Sequence record: PZ445414.1
DNA from: a phage
Reading direction: 5' to 3' (one strand)
DNA: 49,911 nt
The notes below the pieces were generated by a model. It worked only from the letters and a program-made list of their open reading frames with translations. It was not told the origin of the DNA and did no database searches. This document shows, one piece after another, positions 45,281 to 49,911 of the stretch. Within the stretch, counting starts at the first letter, position 1, and every line of letters begins with the position of its first letter. Both the position numbers and the translations under genes were made by a program.

Positions 45281-45438
45281 ATGCGTAACTTTGAGAAAAT
45301 CCGCACTAACAAAGACCGTCGCGCCGCTGGTGAGATTGTGGACTCACACCGTCGACGCAAGAAAACCCAAAAGCGCGGGAGTGAGGCAAAGCGCATGGAT
45401 TGGGATCAACTTCAAACTAACTACAAGGCAGGTCGATA
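45281..45438 (+). CDS. small basic protein (52 aa)
   Basis: ATG 45281 after box promoter, leader and SD CAGGAG; Arg/Lys-rich; preferred over out-of-frame track ORF 45291..45533. Confidence 0.45.
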
Positions 45439-46005
45439 ATGAAAAAGGTAATTATTCTCAACGCGCCACCAGGGGCTGGCAAAGACACCATCGGAAATCT
45501 GATTTGCAAGCATGCTCCGCAATACGTTGTTAAGCGCTCATTCAAAGAGCCGATGTTCAAGATCGCAAAGGCAATGTTGGGTGATTATCGTTTCGGTCTG
45601 TTTATGCAAGCGTATGACGACAGGGGGCAGAAAGAAAGAGCGCAATCTTTCCTGAATGGTAAATCACCTCGCCAGTTTATGATCTGGATTAGCGAGGACG
45701 TGATAAAACCTCAATTTGGGGATCAGTATTTTGGCGTGGTAATGGCTGAGGCCGTGCGAGATAGCCAGGTTCCGGTTGTCATTACTGACGGCGGTTTCCC
45801 CGATGAAGTTAAACCACTGGTCAGTGCTGGGATTCAGGTAAACATTTGCCGCCTACATCGTGACGGCTACACGTTTGCCGGAGATAGCAGGGATTATCTC
45901 AATCTTGAGGGCTACCATCACCGAATCGTGACGCGAGATTACATCCTGGTAAATGGCGATCCGATGCATACAATGATTCAGATCTGTGAGGATATTTTGG
46001 AATGA
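45439..46005 (+). CDS. P-loop kinase (putative nucleotide/polynucleotide kinase)
   Basis: 188 aa; Walker A NAPPGAGKDT at N-terminus; TAATG coupling. Confidence 0.5.
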   Translation: MKKVIILNAPPGAGKDTIGNLICKHAPQYVVKRSFKEPMFKIAKAMLGDYRFGLFMQAYDDRGQKERAQSFLNGKSPRQFMIWISEDVIKPQFGDQYFGVVMAEAVRDSQVPVVITDGGFPDEVKPLVSAGIQVNICRLHRDGYTFAGDSRDYLNLEGYHHRIVTRDYILVNGDPMHTMIQICEDILE

Positions 46006-46105
46006 TAACCACACCACACGATCCAAAAGAGCCGTTTGACTTCCACAAGGCCGCCGTTATCGGCCTTACAATCCTAACTGTCATTTACACTGTACGAGGT
46101 ATTTT

Positions 46106-46303
46106 ATGGCTGTTAACACACTAAAACGAATTGGCGTTATCATGCTAATTATCGGAGGGTCATTGCTAACAGAGCCAGGTTTTGCAAACACGGCTGGAAG
46201 TATGGCGCTGTTAATCGGCGGTCTTATTGGCGGCTACATGGACGGCGTAAAGGCTGGGCGGCGTGAGGCGTTCGGCGGTGAAGATAAAAATCCGATTAAA
46301 TAG
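46106..46303 (+). CDS. small membrane protein
   Basis: 65 aa; two hydrophobic Gly-rich segments; SD GAGG. Confidence 0.4.
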   Translation: MAVNTLKRIGVIMLIIGGSLLTEPGFANTAGSMALLIGGLIGGYMDGVKAGRREAFGGEDKNPIK

Positions 46304-46318
46304 CACGAATCGCTAAAA
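46299..46318 (+). promoter_or_regulatory. conserved box variant (TCGCTA)
   Basis: aatagcacgaatcgctaaaa; TGgTAAAGT downstream. Confidence 0.5.
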
Positions 46319-46384
46319 CTTCCGCGAGGGCATTTGGTAAAGTGTCCTCATTGAAGCAAAGCAACCAATCAAGGAGATAACGAA

Positions 46385-46663
46385 ATGGCTACTATCCGCA
46401 AACACCTGGTAAACGCATTCGAGAACGTTGGCGAGCGCTACGGCTGGGATGATGGACTGAAAACACCATACACGGCACGCCGCCAGGGTTTCAACTCACT
46501 GCGCGAGTGGGCGCGATGCATGGCGGCTAACTACATGCCGGAGAACTGGCAACTCATGCCTGACTCACTGCGCGAAATGATCGAAGATGCACAGGCGGCA
46601 GGTGTGCCACTCACTCAGCATGATTTTGACGATTACGCAGAGGAAGAAATTTTATGCTGGTGA
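46385..46663 (+). CDS. hypothetical protein
   Basis: 92 aa; box promoter (variant) and leader upstream; SD AAGGAG. Confidence 0.45.
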   Translation: MATIRKHLVNAFENVGERYGWDDGLKTPYTARRQGFNSLREWARCMAANYMPENWQLMPDSLREMIEDAQAAGVPLTQHDFDDYAEEEILCW

Positions 46664-46848
46664 AAATCCGTACTGATTATGAGGACTCGCCGTGGATAGC
46701 GGCGGGTAAGATTTACGAGGCGGTATTGGTTAAAACAGGCCGCTACGCAGGAACGTATAAGTTTATTGGGGAGTTAGGCTCCCCGTGCTACACAAGGCTT
46801 GAGCGTTCAATTCACATCGGCGGGAAAGATTGGGAGATTGTAGAATGA
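46654..46848 (+). CDS. hypothetical protein
   Basis: 64 aa; overlaps neighbours by a few nt. Confidence 0.4.
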   Translation: MLVKIRTDYEDSPWIAAGKIYEAVLVKTGRYAGTYKFIGELGSPCYTRLERSIHIGGKDWEIVE

Positions 46849-47318
46849 AATATTATGTGCGTCCTACTGTAGATGGTGAAAACTTTACTGCTGGCAAACT
46901 CTACGAGATCCAGCATTGCTTTGGAACTGGTCGCGTTATCGTGCTCAACGATGCAAAAGAGGAAACCATTGTGCGTTGCGATGGAATTGTGTCGGCTCGC
47001 CTGGACTGGCGCGGAAAGTTTGATCGCGTGAACATTCCAGGCGCTCAAGAAGCTATGGAGTCGGCGCAATCCGCTGCGGAGTATATGCTGAAAGTTGGGA
47101 TTGGTCGCCATGGCGGCTGGCAGCACAGCAAGATCGGGCAGGTGACTATCAGCGACGGGCAAATCTACGCAAGTGCATCGCCTCGCAACGAGTACGTCGA
47201 AGTGCTGGAACAGTTACGCGAAATTCTGCGCGTGCCGGAGGGTGAGAATATCCTGACTCATGCGAAAGTTGTGCGCGTGCTGGCTGATGGGTTAATCAAC
47301 CTCCAGAAAACGAAATAG
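46845..47318 (+). CDS. hypothetical protein
   Basis: 157 aa from ATG 46845. Confidence 0.45.
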   Translation: MKYYVRPTVDGENFTAGKLYEIQHCFGTGRVIVLNDAKEETIVRCDGIVSARLDWRGKFDRVNIPGAQEAMESAQSAAEYMLKVGIGRHGGWQHSKIGQVTISDGQIYASASPRNEYVEVLEQLREILRVPEGENILTHAKVVRVLADGLINLQKTK

Positions 47319-47333
47319 CACTTTTTGCTAAAA
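47314..47333 (+). promoter_or_regulatory. conserved box; TGgTATAGT in hairpin loop
   Basis: aatagcactttttgctaaaa. Confidence 0.55.
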
Positions 47334-47389
47334 CTCAGATGGGGTAGGCTGGTATAGTTACCCCATCGAAACGAAACGGAGACACCAAA

Positions 47390-47602
47390 ATGAAAATTCG
47401 CATCACCAAAATCGACACCATCAACGGCGACGGCTCACTCACCCTTGATGAGTGCGGCCTTAAAATCGGTGACGTTCTTGAGGTTGATGGACATTTCAAC
47501 GATGGATCTTATTGCGTTATTGCTCCGCGTAACAGTGGGTTTATCCAGGCTGGTGACAATATCAGCGTAAACAAAGACGAGTGCGAGGTTGTAGAAGAAT
47601 GA
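47390..47602 (+). CDS. hypothetical protein
   Basis: 70 aa; box promoter with TGgTATAGT and leader CATCGAAACGAAAC upstream. Confidence 0.45.
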   Translation: MKIRITKIDTINGDGSLTLDECGLKIGDVLEVDGHFNDGSYCVIAPRNSGFIQAGDNISVNKDECEVVEE

Positions 47603-47835
47603 TCACGATTAACCTTTCAGACGAGCAAGCGCGGAAACTTCTTGCAGCTACGGGGTGGAATGACCCAATCCCAAACGATGTAGCCAGGGAGATTTTTATA
47701 CAGCTTGAGAACAAGCTTACACCGCCAGGAAATGAGCAAGCGGAAATCGCAGCCTGGCGAGCGGAAAATGGCTACACTGCTGAGGTTATCGAAAACTGGA
47801 AGCGCAAGCATGAGACAATGGAGGGCTTTGAATGA
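47599..47835 (+). CDS. hypothetical protein
   Basis: 78 aa from ATG 47599 (ATGA coupling). Confidence 0.4.
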   Translation: MITINLSDEQARKLLAATGWNDPIPNDVAREIFIQLENKLTPPGNEQAEIAAWRAENGYTAEVIENWKRKHETMEGFE

Positions 47836-48173
47836 TTTTCGTACACACATACAAGATCGGAACCAACGAGAACAAGAAGGAGCGCCGCGCTCTTTGGGAT
47901 ACTGAGGAGCAAGCGTTGGCGCAGCAGCGAGTTTTAGGTGGTGCTGTTCAGGCTTTTGAATCGGTAGAGAACATCGAAAGCGAGTACGCTGAGCGCGAGC
48001 ACATCAAAGAGCTTGTTATTGACGATGTTGCTTGTTTGATAGATGATCTGACAACCGACGCGCCAGGCTCTCCGAGAAACTATGAGCCAGGTTCGGCGGA
48101 GTGGGATAGCTGGAAGGTGAAAACGCTTAACAACCTACGCAATATCATTGATGGAAAATTTAACGAAATTTGA
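47832..48173 (+). CDS. acidic early protein (candidate DNA mimic, speculative)
   Basis: 113 aa, markedly Asp/Glu-rich; ATGA coupling. Confidence 0.4.
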   Translation: MIFVHTYKIGTNENKKERRALWDTEEQALAQQRVLGGAVQAFESVENIESEYAEREHIKELVIDDVACLIDDLTTDAPGSPRNYEPGSAEWDSWKVKTLNNLRNIIDGKFNEI

Positions 48174-48184
48174 TAGTGTTTAAA

Positions 48185-48218
48185 GCGCCTCAGACGCTCT
48201 ACACGAGGCGCAAATTTT
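48185..48218 (+). terminator. terminator-like hairpin
   Basis: gcgcctc ...13 nt... gaggcgc aaatttt. Confidence 0.4.
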
Positions 48219-48232
48219 AGGAAGGTGATTAC

Positions 48233-48361
48233 ATGGATAACTACGAAAAACCGTCTCAGTGGTGCGCACGCAAGCAGGAGGAGGCGCTTGAGCGCGGAGA
48301 CCAGAAAGCGTCTTTAAATTATTTTCAGATGTTCCAACTTTGGCAGAGCAGAGGGCTATAA
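48233..48361 (+). CDS. hypothetical small protein (42 aa)
   Basis: ATG after GGAAGGTG; below track cutoff. Confidence 0.3.
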   Translation: MDNYEKPSQWCARKQEEALERGDQKASLNYFQMFQLWQSRGL

Positions 48362-48362
48362 A

Positions 48363-48593
48363 ATGTTCGGATTGAATGAGGCAGAATTCAACATCGTCAA
48401 GCGTGCGGCAAAAGATTGCGTAAACGAGATCGCTGATCGCATTGAGCAGAAGGACGAGAAATATGATCGCATTGCTGCGGGTATTATCTGCAAACACTAT
48501 CAGCCGATTAGCACTCTGCTGACGAAAACGCAGTTTATATGGCTCGCCGGATATCTGCGCGGAAGGTGGGGAAAGAATTTTGACCGCGAATGA
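48363..48593 (+). CDS. hypothetical protein
   Basis: 76-aa ORF. Confidence 0.4.
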   Translation: MFGLNEAEFNIVKRAAKDCVNEIADRIEQKDEKYDRIAAGIICKHYQPISTLLTKTQFIWLAGYLRGRWGKNFDRE

Positions 48594-48622
48594 TTGACGT
48601 CACGGCTCTGATTGGTTAACCT
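48594..48622 (+). promoter_or_regulatory. sigma70-like promoter TTGACG-N17-TAACCT preceding a non-coding region
   Basis: ttgacg 48594-48599, taacct 48617-48622. Confidence 0.35.
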
Positions 48623-48624
48623 AA

Positions 48625-48728
48625 GTCCCGTGAACATAAGAACGGCCTTTTAGCCGAACGAGTAGCGCGGAGCTACACAACAACGGCGCTATGCTGGTGG
48701 ATAACCGTAAGACGTAGCGCCTTTTTTT
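48625..48728 (+). ncRNA. candidate small non-coding RNA (promoter-to-terminator unit without ORF)
   Basis: TTGACG-N17-TAACCT promoter at 48594-48622, terminator at 48685-48728, only 7-8 codon ORFs between. Confidence 0.25.
48685..48728 (+). terminator. terminator (hairpin with long loop + T7)
   Basis: ggcgcta ... tagcgcc ttttttt. Confidence 0.5.
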
Positions 48729-48741
48729 ACAGGAGAAAGCA

Positions 48742-48909
48742 ATGAAACGATATCCAGAAGAAACAGCCAAAGTGACCATCATCGTAGAGCGAAACGGCGT
48801 TAAGACTCGCTACAAGAAACGATTCAAGAAAGGCGAGGCGATGTTAGGCCGAATCTCTGACTTCATGATCAAGATTCAAGAGGATAAGCCAGATGAAATG
48901 GAAGGTTAA
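48742..48909 (+). CDS. hypothetical small protein (55 aa)
   Basis: ATG after AGGAGAAAG directly downstream of terminator-like hairpin. Confidence 0.35.
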   Translation: MKRYPEETAKVTIIVERNGVKTRYKKRFKKGEAMLGRISDFMIKIQEDKPDEMEG

Positions 48910-49078
48910 GCTTACCATCCGGCGCATGGGGCGACAATGCCGCTCCTGCAAGCAAGTTTTTGAATGCGAGGTTTCAGCCTCAAACGAGGTAGAGGCGGCG
49001 CAGTTTGCAAAAGAGCTTTCTGGCGCAGATCCAGAAACACATAAATTTTCAATCGACTATTTAAGGAGCTTATCATGA
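48893..49078 (+). CDS. hypothetical protein (Cys-containing)
   Basis: 61 aa; CxxC pair (CRSC) ; overlaps upstream small ORF. Confidence 0.4.
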   Translation: MKWKVKLTIRRMGRQCRSCKQVFECEVSASNEVEAAQFAKELSGADPETHKFSIDYLRSLS

Positions 49079-49308
49079 TCTTAGGTTTTGTAATTGGATT
49101 CATTGCCGCTATCGTTATGGTTTTGGTTGTTGGTGGCGCTGCGCAGAAATACGCAATCAAAAAAGGCTGGTACGCCTCCGCGATCTGGATTGAGAAAGAG
49201 AAGCGCTGGAAAGTGCGCGGTCGATTCCTCAGTGTGGCATCTAAGCTTCACGCTGGAATCCTGGAAGAATACCGCTCAGGACGGAAAACCGTCAAATACG
49301 TAGATTAA
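49075..49308 (+). CDS. small membrane protein
   Basis: 77 aa; N-terminal TM helix ILGFVIGFIAAIVMVLVVGG; followed by strong terminator. Confidence 0.45.
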   Translation: MILGFVIGFIAAIVMVLVVGGAAQKYAIKKGWYASAIWIEKEKRWKVRGRFLSVASKLHAGILEEYRSGRKTVKYVD

Positions 49309-49311
49309 CCT

Positions 49312-49337
49312 AAGCCCCGCGTTTGCGGGGTTTTTTT
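49312..49337 (+). terminator. intrinsic terminator before terminase small subunit gene
   Basis: ccccgc gttt gcgggg ttttttt. Confidence 0.8.
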
Positions 49338-49378
49338 GTGCCTGTTATAATTGGCCTCCAACAAGAGGAGGATTAACC

Positions 49379-49909
49379 ATGAGCAGAGAAGAAAAACAAA
49401 AGCCATTCACGGCTTACAACTTCAAGAAGCTATATAACAAGCAATATGGCGACATTGCCACGTTAGGCAAGCAACACCGATACACGCCGGAGCAGGTTTT
49501 CAATCTTGCGGTCAAATACTTTGAGTGGGCGGAGTCCAACGCGCTAAAGGCGGCTGAATCTTCATCGTTCCAGGGTCGCACTTACCAGGACGAGGTAAAC
49601 AAGCCGCGCGTTTTCACGTTCAACGGTCTGCGCCTGTTTTGCGGCTGGTCGCGCTGTGCTATGGAGAAATGGAAGAAAGAGCCTGGCTTCTCTGAGGTCA
49701 TGGAGTTTATCGAATCCGTGATCTATGAGCAGAAATTCCAGCTTGCGGCTAACGGCGTGATTAACGCTGCATTCATCGCCAAAGACCTGGGAGTTGACCA
49801 GCCGACGCAAATCAACGTTAGCGCAAACTCCGAGTCAAGCGCTGCAATCGCAGAGGTTGGGGCTGATGAAGTGCGCGAGGCGGTTCGTGATATCCTGGCG
49901 GAGATCTGA
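49379..49909 (+). CDS. terminase small subunit
   Basis: 176 aa; SD GAGGAGG; position immediately upstream of TerL in circular map; typical small-terminase size and charge pattern. Confidence 0.65.
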   Translation: MSREEKQKPFTAYNFKKLYNKQYGDIATLGKQHRYTPEQVFNLAVKYFEWAESNALKAAESSSFQGRTYQDEVNKPRVFTFNGLRLFCGWSRCAMEKWKKEPGFSEVMEFIESVIYEQKFQLAANGVINAAFIAKDLGVDQPTQINVSANSESSAAIAEVGADEVREAVRDILAEI

Positions 49910-49911
49910 TT

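Noticed and set aside
45291-45533. Track ORF (80 aa) overlapping the start of the kinase gene
   Set aside because: Out of frame with, and overlapping, the kinase ORF; the alternative 45281..45438 frame has a proper SD/leader and couples to the kinase ATG.
46002-46121. Alternative 39-codon hydrophobic ORF overlapping the start of 46106..46303
   Set aside because: Overlaps the track-supported 65-aa membrane ORF in another frame; cannot decide without expression data, the longer ORF was kept.
1568-47333. Box repeats as a CRISPR array or mobile-element terminal repeats
   Set aside because: Copies are dispersed over the genome on both strands at gene boundaries, not in a regularly spaced cluster, and no transposase or cas genes are present.
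48625-48728. tRNA gene in the 48.6-kb non-coding gap
   Set aside because: No cloverleaf-compatible stems and no T-loop (GTTCRA) or D-loop signatures.

Overview
The window reads as an essentially complete, circularly permuted genome of a T1-like virulent siphovirus (Drexlerviridae-type gene content), starting at the terminase large subunit ATG and ending with the terminase small subunit. All calls rest on motif reading and gene order by eye; no database search was run. Layout: (1) 1-19.5 kb, + strand, late packaging/head/tail operon (TerL, portal, head proteins, major capsid, lambda-like tail genes G/GT-tape measure-M-L-K-I-J) punctuated by intrinsic terminators; (2) 19.5-21 kb, - strand, a secreted-protein moron and two paralogous proteins; (3) 21.4-24 kb, + strand, recombination module (PD-(D/E)xK exonuclease, Erf, SSB); (4) 24-27.6 kb, - strand, side tail fibre with C-terminal chaperone-like domain, zinc-ribbon primase, HTH regulator; (5) 27.7-34.7 kb, + strand, SF2 helicase, VRR-NUC nuclease, lipoprotein, Dam-type N6-adenine methyltransferase, metallophosphoesterase, then a pinholin / SAR-endolysin / unimolecular-spanin lysis cassette; (6) 34.7-40.2 kb, - strand, and 40.9-49.3 kb, + strand, two divergent arrays of small early genes (including a compact C5-cytosine-methyltransferase-like gene, a P-loop ATPase, a HAD phosphatase and a P-loop kinase) separated by an AT-rich region with iteron-like repeats. 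Most notable observations: an Ig-like domain encoded in frame directly after the TAG stop of a capsid-decoration-like gene; a ~20-bp partially palindromic box (AATAGCAC-N5-GCTAAAA) present in about 20 copies; a canonical A_AAA_AAC -1 frameshift site for the G/GT tail chaperone; two DNA methyltransferases of different classes; a candidate small RNA. No integrase, repressor/immunity module, tRNA or CRISPR array was recognised.
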